A stretch of DNA of 64,000 bases from an uncultured Clostridia bacterium (GTDB taxonomy: Bacteria > Bacillota > Clostridia > Christensenellales > UBA1242). This document shows positions 29,312 to 38,838 of this stretch, piece after piece; position 1 is the first letter of the stretch, and each line of letters starts with the position of its first letter. The notes under the pieces are model-generated. The model worked only from the letters and a program-made list of their open reading frames with translations, had not been told where the DNA came from and ran no database searches. The stretch lies in the NCBI GenBank assembly GCA_949949035.1, contig CATLHJ010000002.1, positions 53,680-117,679 of the forward strand, in the 5' to 3' direction. The position numbers and the translations under genes are program-made.

Positions 29312-30346
29312 ATGGCTTATGATCAAGACGGAACTAAGCGGAGTGATGTTAGGCAATATTCTAATAAGCTTTTAATAATCGTGACCAAAAAATGTAATCG
29401 CGATTGTGCTTTTTGTATCGACAGACCCAACCGTAAATATTACCTTGATGATCAAGCATTTATCGATTTAGCAACGGTAAAAAATATCTTAAACTTTGCC
29501 AAAAGCAAAAATATCAAAACCATTGCACTTAATGGCGGCGAACCGACTTTGCACCCACAAATCGTCACCATTGCCAAAATGGTGAAAGAGGCGGGTTTCT
29601 TGACCAAAATTTTTACCAATTACGATTTTCCAGAAGTCGTGAAACAATTAGATGGCATTATCGATATCATTAGAATCTCGTATTATGGCCCTATGCAATT
29701 ACCTAAGCAAAAAGATTTTCAATCAAAAATTACTTTGAAAATAACGTTAACTAAGGCCACATTCCCTAAACTCGATGATTTAATACAATTTGTTAAGGAA
29801 CATCGGCATGATTTTTATGACCTTGAAATTCATACCTTGATGCAAAATAATGATTACAGTATTAACGCCCAAGTTGATTATCTTGATATTTTGAATGAAT
29901 GGTATCCCTTAAAAAGAAATGCCAAAGGCGATTACTATCATGATTTTATGGGGTTTCAAATTAAAAGAGAAGACTTACCTAATCTCGATTATAACCTTGA
30001 ACAAAAATTGTATAAAGCCCATATGGACGGCACTATCTCGCATTATTTTGAAGAAGACCATTACGAAATCGGTGGTTTAGACCAAAATGCTACTCTCACC
30101 AAAGTTTTAAGAGCCCATCGCAATGCGCAATATCGAGAAAATGTCAAACGGGCTTATGAAACTTCCAGTTTGGATTTAGATAATATTGATAAATATTTGC
30201 CGCAAAAACAAAATGATAAATTGGCGACTTGGCGGGGCGGAAATAAAGAATGCATGAAACCGGTCAGCAAATCGGTCAGCGATGCCGAATACGAAGAACT
30301 GAGACAGGAACCATCATCAATGAAAGATATTACCTTGGGGAATTGA
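29312..30346 (+). CDS. Radical SAM protein
   Basis: CNRDCAFC, NGGEPTLHP, FTN. Confidence 0.9.
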   Translation: MAYDQDGTKRSDVRQYSNKLLIIVTKKCNRDCAFCIDRPNRKYYLDDQAFIDLATVKNILNFAKSKNIKTIALNGGEPTLHPQIVTIAKMVKEAGFLTKIFTNYDFPEVVKQLDGIIDIIRISYYGPMQLPKQKDFQSKITLKITLTKATFPKLDDLIQFVKEHRHDFYDLEIHTLMQNNDYSINAQVDYLDILNEWYPLKRNAKGDYYHDFMGFQIKREDLPNLDYNLEQKLYKAHMDGTISHYFEEDHYEIGGLDQNATLTKVLRAHRNAQYRENVKRAYETSSLDLDNIDKYLPQKQNDKLATWRGGNKECMKPVSKSVSDAEYEELRQEPSSMKDITLGN

Positions 30347-30374
30347 CTTGGGGTAGCATTTCTGCTAAATTTAT

Positions 30375-30755
30375 TTGATGGACGAAAAATTGACTCCGGC
30401 GGAAATGCAAGAACTTTTGCGGTCGACCGCAGAATATTGGCGGACGACCATGGGTATAGACTTGCCCGCGGAACAGGCTGTTGGGCAACCCGGTAAATTA
30501 ACCAAGTTGGCAACCAGCATTAAAAACATGGGTGAAAAACTGCGAACGAATGTCACTAACCAATGGTATGCCTTGCGTAATGCTCCGAAAAAACGTAAAT
30601 TCCAAAAATGGTGTCGCGAAAACAATATTTGGGGGGGTGACGTCGTTAGCAGTGGCCCCGTTGACTACGACGCACTGCAACGCGATATTCAAGGTGTCAT
30701 AGCCGAAGTTGACGCCACCAATTTATCGGCTGCTGACGAAAAGGGTAACGACTGA
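30375..30755 (+). CDS. Hypothetical protein
   Basis: 126-aa ORF filling the gap between neighbours. Confidence 0.55.
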   Translation: MMDEKLTPAEMQELLRSTAEYWRTTMGIDLPAEQAVGQPGKLTKLATSIKNMGEKLRTNVTNQWYALRNAPKKRKFQKWCRENNIWGGDVVSSGPVDYDALQRDIQGVIAEVDATNLSAADEKGND

Positions 30756-30813
30756 TTTTGCTCACGTTCTTTTCCTTGAATAATGGGTAGTTGTGTGCTA
30801 TAATATTATTTGT

Positions 30814-31887
30814 ATGGATAACAGTAATAAGTTAAAACAATTCAACCAAACGGCGAACTTGCGACCGAAAGTTACGTTGCCGACGGCGGCAGAAATTGCA
30901 CAAGTTCCTTATTTTAGTTACGAACTAACCGACTTCGCAATGTTCAGTGGCGCCCGTCAAGTTAGCGAATGTTACGATAAATTGGGCAACAAACACGTTT
31001 ACGGTGAAGTTTGGACTCGTATGGCCGTTAACCCAACACAAATGCGCACTTGTGCCGCCGATACCGTAGTTCATCGTTTGCTGGTGCAAAAAAAACAAGA
31101 CCCCCAAAATGCTACAATCGCTGTGGCACCACGTTTTCAAAACCCAGTCTTAAATGCATTGAATACTGTCCGCATGGACGGTCACGATTATTTAACGATG
31201 AACGGCATTATAGTTTATTATCCGCGTTATCGAATAGATGCTTATACCGCGCCCGTTTTAACCCAAGCCGTACAACAAAGACAGTGTCAACCCATCAATA
31301 ATTACGCATACCAACAGTATAACACGGGTAATTTCGCACCCAATTACGCCGCGTATTATCAACAATACTACCAGCAATATTACCAACAACAGTACGCAGC
31401 GAATTATAATTACCAAAATATTAAGCAAAATTATTTTTACTATAATTGCTATACCAATAATTATGCGTATTATCAATACCAAGGTAAAAATTATGCGTTG
31501 TACACGTACCCAAGTTACGACCGTAAAAGTTTAGTTTACGATTGGTTCGCTATGGAACCGATTCAAGTTGTTCGCTGTCAAGACGGCAGTTTGCAATGCG
31601 TACATCCGTTATTCGCCGCCAGTTATACCGCCGTTAATAATTTTGCCGGCATGGCGTCATATTTGCCAAATGACAAACGAGATGAACATTACCAACTATT
31701 AAAAAAACGCGGAGTTACGGGTTACAGTGGTGTGCCGATTGATACTAATTTAACGCCACTGGGACAATATTTGAATCAAGGTTTCATGCAACAGTTGGCA
31801 GAAAGTTTGGCGTTTAATCGAACTTCAACTAAGCAATACGTGGCACAGCCCAAACAACAAACCGCGCCTGACAGCCGTTTAATATAA
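30814..31887 (+). CDS. Hypothetical protein with a Y/Q/N-rich insert; paralog of 34848-35747
   Basis: Shared blocks LTDFA, G.VWTR, P..QNP, YQY.G.NY, WF..EPI, C..G.LQC, IDT. Confidence 0.75.
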   Translation: MDNSNKLKQFNQTANLRPKVTLPTAAEIAQVPYFSYELTDFAMFSGARQVSECYDKLGNKHVYGEVWTRMAVNPTQMRTCAADTVVHRLLVQKKQDPQNATIAVAPRFQNPVLNALNTVRMDGHDYLTMNGIIVYYPRYRIDAYTAPVLTQAVQQRQCQPINNYAYQQYNTGNFAPNYAAYYQQYYQQYYQQQYAANYNYQNIKQNYFYYNCYTNNYAYYQYQGKNYALYTYPSYDRKSLVYDWFAMEPIQVVRCQDGSLQCVHPLFAASYTAVNNFAGMASYLPNDKRDEHYQLLKKRGVTGYSGVPIDTNLTPLGQYLNQGFMQQLAESLAFNRTSTKQYVAQPKQQTAPDSRLI

Positions 31888-31969
31888 GGCGAATATGGCG
31901 AGTACACTATGGTAACAACGTTTATGCCTAAATACTTGTGCGGGTAAGTTTTCTGTGTTAGGATTTAGC

Positions 31970-33415
31970 ATGCGAATCGGTATTGATATTGATAATTGTC
32001 TTGCGAATTTCAATGATGTTTTATTACAAGAATATTTACAACACGACCAAACCTTGCGTAATACCGGCATTATTAACGCTAATCCGGAATACTTACGTAG
32101 GGGAATGTTCGATTGGACTGCCGAGGAGGAACAGGATTTTTATCAGGCTAATATTGAAAAGGTAGCCAAACGGTTACGACCGTTAAATAACGCACCCAAA
32201 TACATCAAACAATTAAAAGCCGATGGCCACGAAATTTATATTATTACCGGTCGCGATAATGGGGAATATCACGACCCAATCGCGTTAACCAAATCATGGT
32301 TGCAGCAATACCAGATTGTCTATGACCAATTGATTTTTACTAATTCTAACAATAAACATTCCAAAACCGAAGTATGCTTAACTAAACAAATTGACGTTAT
32401 GATTGAAGATACTACTAGCGTCAGTTTGGATTTGCTGGCACACGGCATCAAAGTCTTAACCATGAATACCCGCTATAATCAACGGGAAAAAACTTTGGAC
32501 CGTGTTTCAAGTTGGCGGGAAATCTATGAAAGAATTACTAACTTAAACCACAAAGTGAATGCTGCCAAAATCAACGTTATTTTGGATACGGATACTTATA
32601 ACGAATGTGACGACCAATTTGCTTTGGCGTATTTATTAAAATCACAAGACAAATTCAATGTTGAAGCCATTACGGTTGCACCTTACCATCACGATAATGG
32701 TCTTTCGGTAACGGAAGGGCTTGATAAAAGTTATCAAGAGGTGATTAAAATTTGTGACTGGTTAGGTTTTGATTACCGCGGTAAAGTCTGTAAAGGTGCT
32801 ACCGATTTTTTGGATAATGGTTATACCGCCAGCAATGATGCGGTTAAGCGTATTATCGAAATTGCCAAGAAGCAGGACAAGACTTATATTTTGGCCATCG
32901 GGGCTATCACCAATGTGGCTTTGGCGATTAAGCAAGCTCCTGAAATTATTGATAAAATTGAAGTGATTTGGCTGGGCGGACACAGTTTCTTAAGTGAAAA
33001 CAACCAAGAATTTAATTTCCGTAACGATATATCGGCTGTGAAAACTGTTTTCGCGTCCAAGGTGAAATTGACGATTATTCCGTGCCAGAATGTTGTATCA
33101 AATTTACGAACATCGATTTATGAACTAGAACATTACCTAAAAGGCAAAAGTGAATTGGGCAATTACCTGTGCCAAAGATTTTATGATGACGGGGTGCACG
33201 GTATACAAGAGCGGCGTGTGATTTGGGATATCAGTGTCGTGGCGTACTTAATCAATCCTGCTTGGTTTGAAACCGAGTTAGTCAGTTGTCCGCAAATTAA
33301 CGCCGATACCAGTTACCGACTGACCACGAACCAACACCCGATTACGGTGGTGAACTATTTAGATGCCGATAAAATTTTTCAAGACCTATTCCAAAAGTTA
33401 GGGGCAGTCCAATGA
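31970..33415 (+). CDS. Fusion of a HAD 5'-nucleotidase (NT5C-like) domain and a nucleoside hydrolase domain
   Basis: IGIDID, ITGR, SK, MIED; then ILDTDTYNECDD, IGAITN, WLGG, EFN, IWD. Confidence 0.88.
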   Translation: MRIGIDIDNCLANFNDVLLQEYLQHDQTLRNTGIINANPEYLRRGMFDWTAEEEQDFYQANIEKVAKRLRPLNNAPKYIKQLKADGHEIYIITGRDNGEYHDPIALTKSWLQQYQIVYDQLIFTNSNNKHSKTEVCLTKQIDVMIEDTTSVSLDLLAHGIKVLTMNTRYNQREKTLDRVSSWREIYERITNLNHKVNAAKINVILDTDTYNECDDQFALAYLLKSQDKFNVEAITVAPYHHDNGLSVTEGLDKSYQEVIKICDWLGFDYRGKVCKGATDFLDNGYTASNDAVKRIIEIAKKQDKTYILAIGAITNVALAIKQAPEIIDKIEVIWLGGHSFLSENNQEFNFRNDISAVKTVFASKVKLTIIPCQNVVSNLRTSIYELEHYLKGKSELGNYLCQRFYDDGVHGIQERRVIWDISVVAYLINPAWFETELVSCPQINADTSYRLTTNQHPITVVNYLDADKIFQDLFQKLGAVQ

Positions 33416-34017
33416 AATTAACCAGTGCTGCAGCACGACAACTGCTTAATGGTTTGCGTAGTGAACGCAACCGTAGATGGCTTGACCATTCAATTTGTGT
33501 TGGTAACGCCGCTGGGGTAATTGCTAGTGCTTTGCACTTAGATGCGGATTATGCTAAAACTTTGGGGTACATTCATGACATTGGCAAAAAATTTGCGGAT
33601 ATTGGCGATGGTGTTTTGCCGCACGCCGTAAAGGGTTATGAGTACCTTAAAGCCTTGGACTATGATGAAGAATACGCTGGTATTTGCCTTAAACATTCTT
33701 TTTTGAATAACGACATTGATTGTTTGGCTAACGATCGTGATGCGACCGACTCGTGTCACCCAGATTATGAATTTGTTAAAAATTACCTTAAACAAGATTA
33801 CACCATTTATGACCGAATCATCAATCTTTGCGACCTAATGTGTACAACAGAAGTTTTAACCGTTGACAAACGGATGATGGATTTATTGTTAAGGCATGGT
33901 GTGTACGCAAAAACTCATTATCACCTGCAAGAAACCCAACGGCTGAAAGAATTTTTTGATGACCAATTAGGTTATAACCTATATGATTTATTTCCAGCAA
34001 TTAAAGACCATTTGTAA
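33412..34017 (+). CDS. HD-domain phosphohydrolase
   Basis: DHS...GYIHDIGK...H...H...LCD. Confidence 0.88.
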   Translation: MKLTSAAARQLLNGLRSERNRRWLDHSICVGNAAGVIASALHLDADYAKTLGYIHDIGKKFADIGDGVLPHAVKGYEYLKALDYDEEYAGICLKHSFLNNDIDCLANDRDATDSCHPDYEFVKNYLKQDYTIYDRIINLCDLMCTTEVLTVDKRMMDLLLRHGVYAKTHYHLQETQRLKEFFDDQLGYNLYDLFPAIKDHL

Positions 34018-34065
34018 TAGGTTAAAATTTACGCTATCTAGGTGAAACTTAAATTGGAAATACTT

Positions 34066-34147
34066 TGGTGGGAGTTCACGGACTTGCTGACCAGGAGCGA
34101 AGCGACGCAGGCATCTGGCACGTAGTGACAGAACCGCGGACGAACGG
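34066..34147 (-). pseudogene. Duplicated 3' half of tRNA-Ile with a 45-bp insertion in the T-loop
   Basis: 34066-34086 is identical to 34158-34178; similarity resumes at 34132 (AACCGCGGAC) after insert 34087-34131. Confidence 0.8.
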
Positions 34148-34157
34148 GAAACAATCT

Positions 34158-34234
34158 TGGTGGGAGTTCACGGACTTGAACCGCGGACCGACCGGTTATG
34201 AGCCGGTTGCTCTAACCAACTGAGCTAAACTCCC
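34158..34234 (-). tRNA. tRNA with CAT anticodon, most like tRNA-Ile2
   Basis: GGGAGTTTAGCTCAGTTGGTTAGAGCA-ACCGG-CTCATAA-CCGGT...GGTTCAAGTCC...CCA cloverleaf. Confidence 0.92.
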
Positions 34235-34333
34235 GTTAAAGGTTTACTGGGTAAGGTAACAACTTTGTTCGTAATTGTCAATGATTTGCCTTTGACAACG
34301 GGGAAAGAGTAGTGTATACTTTAATTTGTTTTT

Positions 34334-34420
34334 GGCCGGGTGGTGAAATTGGCAGACGCGTCGGACTCAAAATCCGATGAGGTAACACTCGTGTGGGTTC
34401 AAGTCCCACCCCGGCCACCA
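34334..34420 (+). tRNA. tRNA-Leu(CAA)
   Basis: GGCCGGG/CCCGGCC acceptor, TCGGA-CTCAAAA-TCCGA anticodon arm, long variable arm, CCA. Confidence 0.95.
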
Positions 34421-34486
34421 AAAAAGGACTGTAAGGCTTATGTAGGTTTTGCTAGATCGCTTATTCCATAAATTAAGGGGTAACCA

Positions 34487-34792
34487 ATGGCAACGAAAAA
34501 AGACTTTATTGAATATGTTTTGGGGCAAATGGCCGACGCGTCCGCTTTTACCGTGCGCCCAATGATGGGTGAGTATTTAGTTTATTATCAAGGTGTCTTG
34601 ATTGGCGGGTTTTACGATAATCGGTTTTTATTAAAGATGAATGTCGATAACGGTAACTGTGGGTTGCCGACCACCATTCCGTATGCGGGTGCCAAGCCAA
34701 TGTATTTAGTTAACGATTTTGATGACCGCGAACGTTTAGCCGTAATTATTCAAGCCACTTATGCGGGGTGCCAGAAAAGTAAAAAACAATAA
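34487..34792 (+). CDS. TfoX N-terminal domain protein
   Basis: RPMMGEY..Y..G..IGG.YDNRFL.K, PY.GAKPM. Confidence 0.88.
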   Translation: MATKKDFIEYVLGQMADASAFTVRPMMGEYLVYYQGVLIGGFYDNRFLLKMNVDNGNCGLPTTIPYAGAKPMYLVNDFDDRERLAVIIQATYAGCQKSKKQ

Positions 34793-34847
34793 ATTGGTAA
34801 GCACACCATCTTGACAAAATAGCTTGCTGAAGCGTATTATTAGTATA

Positions 34848-35747
34848 ATGAAAAATAGTTACCGAAACTTACGCATTACCTTACCCGAAAGCACTGATCT
34901 AGCGGATGAAGCCATTGGCTTGACCGATTTTGCCATTTATTCAGCACCTAAACCACAGCAGTTTGGTCCTCGTCGCACCTTGGCGTACCGCGAAATCAAT
35001 GTAGTCGGCGGTAAACGTTATGCGGTTGGTGATGTTTGGACGCGGCGTGTTTCATCGTTGGTCTCGGATATGATGTTGACGCGTGAGTGTGATACTGGTT
35101 TAACTTTTGCCAGTGAAATTGATGCTACCGATGTTGGTGTCGTCCCCCAAATTCAAAATCCCGCGGCCGAGCAGTTAGGTAGCATCACTATCGCTGATCA
35201 AAAATTCTTAACCGATGGGACATCGGTTGCTACCCATCCGGCTACCGCGGTTAAGGCGCGTTTGGCAAAACAGTTAACGACGGCATTGTTAGACAATAAC
35301 CCTGAATTAGTAACCAAGGGTTTCCTTGCCTTGCCATCAACCAGTGCGGTGCAATCCGCCTGTGTATATCAGTACAATGGCCGCAATTACGTTTATGCCA
35401 AGTCCAAATCGCAAAATTCCCAATGGTTTAATTGCGAACCAATCCGAATAAAAGAATGTGCCAATGGTAATTTGCAGTGTCTTGATGTGTTATATGTTAC
35501 TCCGTTCGCTGATTATTCAGAATACGCCGCCAAACAAGACGCCGTCGCCCCTAACGGGGTAATTGATACGGACCAATTCCTTTTCCGTCGCTATTTGCAA
35601 TTTCACTTCCGGCAAAACCTTAAACTTTTGCGTTTGCCGGTCGCAACGATTACCGCACAACTATCTGAAACCCATAAATTACGCCGTTTATTGAACACTT
35701 TTACCCAAGCGGCGAAAAAAAGGTATGTTCCTGAAAGGGAGCGATAA
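34848..35747 (+). CDS. Hypothetical protein; paralog of 30814-31887
   Basis: Shared motif blocks; promoter TTGACA-18-TATTAT ends 7 nt before the ATG. Confidence 0.72.
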   Translation: MKNSYRNLRITLPESTDLADEAIGLTDFAIYSAPKPQQFGPRRTLAYREINVVGGKRYAVGDVWTRRVSSLVSDMMLTRECDTGLTFASEIDATDVGVVPQIQNPAAEQLGSITIADQKFLTDGTSVATHPATAVKARLAKQLTTALLDNNPELVTKGFLALPSTSAVQSACVYQYNGRNYVYAKSKSQNSQWFNCEPIRIKECANGNLQCLDVLYVTPFADYSEYAAKQDAVAPNGVIDTDQFLFRRYLQFHFRQNLKLLRLPVATITAQLSETHKLRRLLNTFTQAAKKRYVPERER

Positions 35748-35799
35748 TTTTACCAGTTGGTCTTGAAATGTTACCGGTTCGTATGGTAAACTGCTAACG

Positions 35800-36570
35800 A
35801 TGAATAAACCCGAAGTAATTTTATTATTTGACGATTTATTAAATAAGTATGGCAATGGTTTGCGGGTCAGTGACTTATTTGACCGAAAAATCTTGGTTGA
35901 ATTAGACAATGGTTTTCGCAAAGTTTTTGCGGGTAAATACTACCGCGGGTTGCCCGTGAATTACATTTTGCATCGTGGCAGTGTGGGTTGGGAAATTCAC
36001 GCCCCCGAAGCCTTGACCGTGGCGCTGGGTGAACGTGCAACCTTATGTACCGGAGTGTTGGAGCGGTTTATGTCTTTTGGCGGTACTGAATCCGCAATCC
36101 GCAGTTGGGTTGAAGTGTGCAGCGGGTACGTGTTAGAACCGGCTTGGGGTTTGGCAATTGAAAAGGACCTTTATTATAAAGTGTTCCGCCCCAAAATATG
36201 GGAAAAACAAACTTATAAGCAATTAGTAGCGGCGAACCAACAAGACCCCGCCGCGATTAACATTTATTGCCGTGAAGATTACGAAAACAATGGGATACCC
36301 TTAAACCCTAATGTGGTCCGCGAAGCCCAGGTTGATGCCAATATTATTAAGCAAAGTAATTATGACAACCCCCAACGCTGTGCCGAGGCAGAACAATTAT
36401 TGGCGGCGTTACCTGATTTAGCCAAATGTAAGAACCTTATTACGTCACCGCGGGTAAAACGATTGACGCATTTTCAACGATTTGGTAGGCCACCACGTGG
36501 CATTGTGGGGGATATGATTCAAGAACTGAACCCGAATGCAGTTTGGTTTAATATCGGCAAAGGCAAATAA
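35800..36570 (+). CDS. Hypothetical protein; paralog of 41475-42176 lacking the putative catalytic triad
   Basis: FAGKYY.GLPV.Y.L, WVE, YYKVF, IY.REDYE..GIP blocks shared. Confidence 0.72.
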   Translation: MNKPEVILLFDDLLNKYGNGLRVSDLFDRKILVELDNGFRKVFAGKYYRGLPVNYILHRGSVGWEIHAPEALTVALGERATLCTGVLERFMSFGGTESAIRSWVEVCSGYVLEPAWGLAIEKDLYYKVFRPKIWEKQTYKQLVAANQQDPAAINIYCREDYENNGIPLNPNVVREAQVDANIIKQSNYDNPQRCAEAEQLLAALPDLAKCKNLITSPRVKRLTHFQRFGRPPRGIVGDMIQELNPNAVWFNIGKGK

Positions 36571-36632
36571 TATTTTGACAGCATTATTTCCTTAATCTAT
36601 AATAAAAATAGATATAAAAGGAGAAAAAAAGA

Positions 36633-37190
36633 ATGGCCAAGAAAAAGAAAAAATTTAGTTTACTATCGCTAATTTTATCGATAGTTGGTATTGTGGGGGC
36701 AGTGTTAAGTTTTATCGCTTTGGCACTCAACTTTGTCAATACCGCGACGACTACCAAAATTGGTAACAGTACTAGTACTACCAATAACTCAATCGGTTTG
36801 GGTAAATGGTTTGATAGGATTAACCAAGCGCAAGAAAGTAACGCCGAAATTCATAAATTAGGTGGCGATGATATTATTGATATCAATGGTTGGGCAACGG
36901 CACGCGTGTTTTTGATCATTACCTTGGTTTTGGTGGCGTTGGTGGCTATTGCCTTAGTGGTTAAGTTCTTTATCAACAACAAAATCTTGAACTGGGCAAC
37001 AATGATTGTGGCGTGCTTAACGGTGGTCAGTGCACTGGTGTTCTTGATTGCAGTTTACGTCGGTGGCAGCCCGTTCAGCAGCGAAGGTTCGGTAGTTACG
37101 GTTAAAGTTATGGCGGACGTTGGCGCTTGGTTAGTAACCTTGGGTGCGGTCATCAGTGGTGCTATGGGTATTGCTGTCGCTCGCAAATAA
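36633..37190 (+). CDS. Four-TM membrane protein
   Basis: AAGGAG SD; four hydrophobic segments. Confidence 0.8.
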   Translation: MAKKKKKFSLLSLILSIVGIVGAVLSFIALALNFVNTATTTKIGNSTSTTNNSIGLGKWFDRINQAQESNAEIHKLGGDDIIDINGWATARVFLIITLVLVALVAIALVVKFFINNKILNWATMIVACLTVVSALVFLIAVYVGGSPFSSEGSVVTVKVMADVGAWLVTLGAVISGAMGIAVARK

Positions 37191-37264
37191 TCATTGAAAA
37201 GGTTGTGACGACATGTTAAACTGAAAGTAGGTAGGTAATACCTACTTTTTATTAAGGAGTAATT

Positions 37265-38491
37265 ATGTTTACGGTAGAACAAAAACTTGAACATCTACAA
37301 AAATTGGGGTTCAAGGGTAATCTAAACGAAATTGCCAAATGTTACCGTGGAGAAGAGTTTAATTTAGAAGATGCTAATTACCAAAAATTGTTGAAGGTAA
37401 GTAAGCAATTGTGTGCCGAATTTACCCAGTTGTCGGCTTACCTGTCGAATCCATGGTTGCGCAAAGACGCCGAAGAACGCAAAGCCGAAATTCTGGACGC
37501 TTTATTTCCGGGGCACGGTATGATCTTTGGCGGGGGTGACGGTTTAACAGCCGTTATTGGTATGGTCGATATCGGTAATATGGTTTACCTTAACGCCCGT
37601 AACCATTATTGTGCTAATGCTTTGGTGACTTTAAATGATTACGTTTTTGTTGCGACTAACGTAACGTTTGGGCAGGACTTCCCAATCAAGGGACGGGTCA
37701 AGGCCGTGCCAACCACGGTGGGAGCGAACACTTGGTTGTGTTCGGACATTGCCGTTGCGGCGGGCAGTCAAATTGGTGCGAAATCGGTTTTAGGGTTGGG
37801 CAGTGTGGTGACGCCGGCCAGTGTTATCCGTGATGAAACCTTGGCGTTCGGTGCACCTTGCCAAAGTTACAAGGCTATCACACCTGATTATGTGGGTAAA
37901 AAACTAGACAAGCCGTTTGCTTGGACGGAAGATGAAATCAAATTTTTATTGCACCACGCCCGTACCTTGGGGGTTAAAGATGACTTACACGATTATGTAC
38001 GCCTGTTGAACGGCGAAGACTATAACTGCTTGGCGCCGGGGGTGGGGGCGTTGCACAATTTAGCACACCATTTGTGCAGTGAATATAACGATCATGCGAC
38101 TAACGACACGCGGCGAGAATTGATTTTGGATATGTTGTTCCCGATTCATGGTAAAAATCTGACCATCGGCAAGGACTTGTATTGCGATATCGTCGGGGCA
38201 ACCCGCATGGGAAAAAACGTTAAAATTGGTGACCACGCTACTTTGGCGGGGAACATTGACCTTGGTAATAACGTGACGTTGGGTGATAATGTAACTTTGC
38301 AAAGTATTGGTCACCGCGTCTATTGGCAAGATCGCTTGCTGGGGTATACTGCCGACCAACAACCAAGGGAAATAAATACATCCCGTGCTATTAAGATTAA
38401 GCACGGCGTCACTTTGCGGCGTGGCACAAAAGTTAAACCGGGGGTAACAGTTAGTCGTGACACGGCAGTTGATGAACTGATAATTAAATAA
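37265..38491 (+). CDS. Tandem-duplicated sugar O-acetyltransferase-like (hexapeptide repeat) protein
   Basis: Two units, each with G..Y/FN...LC.E...ILD.LFP.HG followed by LbH repeats. Confidence 0.75.
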   Translation: MFTVEQKLEHLQKLGFKGNLNEIAKCYRGEEFNLEDANYQKLLKVSKQLCAEFTQLSAYLSNPWLRKDAEERKAEILDALFPGHGMIFGGGDGLTAVIGMVDIGNMVYLNARNHYCANALVTLNDYVFVATNVTFGQDFPIKGRVKAVPTTVGANTWLCSDIAVAAGSQIGAKSVLGLGSVVTPASVIRDETLAFGAPCQSYKAITPDYVGKKLDKPFAWTEDEIKFLLHHARTLGVKDDLHDYVRLLNGEDYNCLAPGVGALHNLAHHLCSEYNDHATNDTRRELILDMLFPIHGKNLTIGKDLYCDIVGATRMGKNVKIGDHATLAGNIDLGNNVTLGDNVTLQSIGHRVYWQDRLLGYTADQQPREINTSRAIKIKHGVTLRRGTKVKPGVTVSRDTAVDELIIK

Positions 38492-38496
38492 AACTG

Positions 38497-38556
38497 TTGC
38501 CAAAGGCAAATACTTGTGTTAAGATAAAAAGGTGGGCCAGTCAGGTCCATTTTTTT
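38497..38556 (+). promoter_or_regulatory. rimP-nusA promoter and leader terminator-like hairpin
   Basis: TTGCCA-17-TAAGAT then GTGGGCC-AGTCA-GGTCCAT plus a T run before the SD. Confidence 0.6.
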
Positions 38557-38574
38557 GACGCTAAAGGAGGAGTT

Positions 38575-38823
38575 ATGAATAATAAATTTCAAACTTTGTG
38601 CCAAAAGGTCATTAACGACGCGGGGTATGAATTGCTGCGGGTGACATGGAAAAATCACGAATTGTGTTTTTATATCGACCAATCAACCGGAATTGACCAT
38701 ACTGACTGCGAAAAAGTGACCAAGTTAATTGAACCAATTGTGGAAGCCAACGATGCTGAACTGGGCGAAAATTACAGCCTGTCGGTCAGCAGTGTTGGAA
38801 TTGACGGTAAAGATTGGGAATAA
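38575..38823 (+). CDS. rimP: RimP, N-terminal domain only (82 aa)
   Basis: L..YID...GI...DCE.V, Y.L.VSS.G; first gene of the nusA operon; AGGAGG SD. Confidence 0.85.
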   Translation: MNNKFQTLCQKVINDAGYELLRVTWKNHELCFYIDQSTGIDHTDCEKVTKLIEPIVEANDAELGENYSLSVSSVGIDGKDWE

Positions 38824-38838
38824 AAGGAGATAAATATA

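Noticed and set aside
37223-37250. Hairpin AAAGTAGGTA/TACCTACTTT as a riboswitch or attenuator
   Set aside because: Adequately explained as the terminator of 36633-37190; the next promoter (TTGAAA-17-TAAACT) would start within its left arm.
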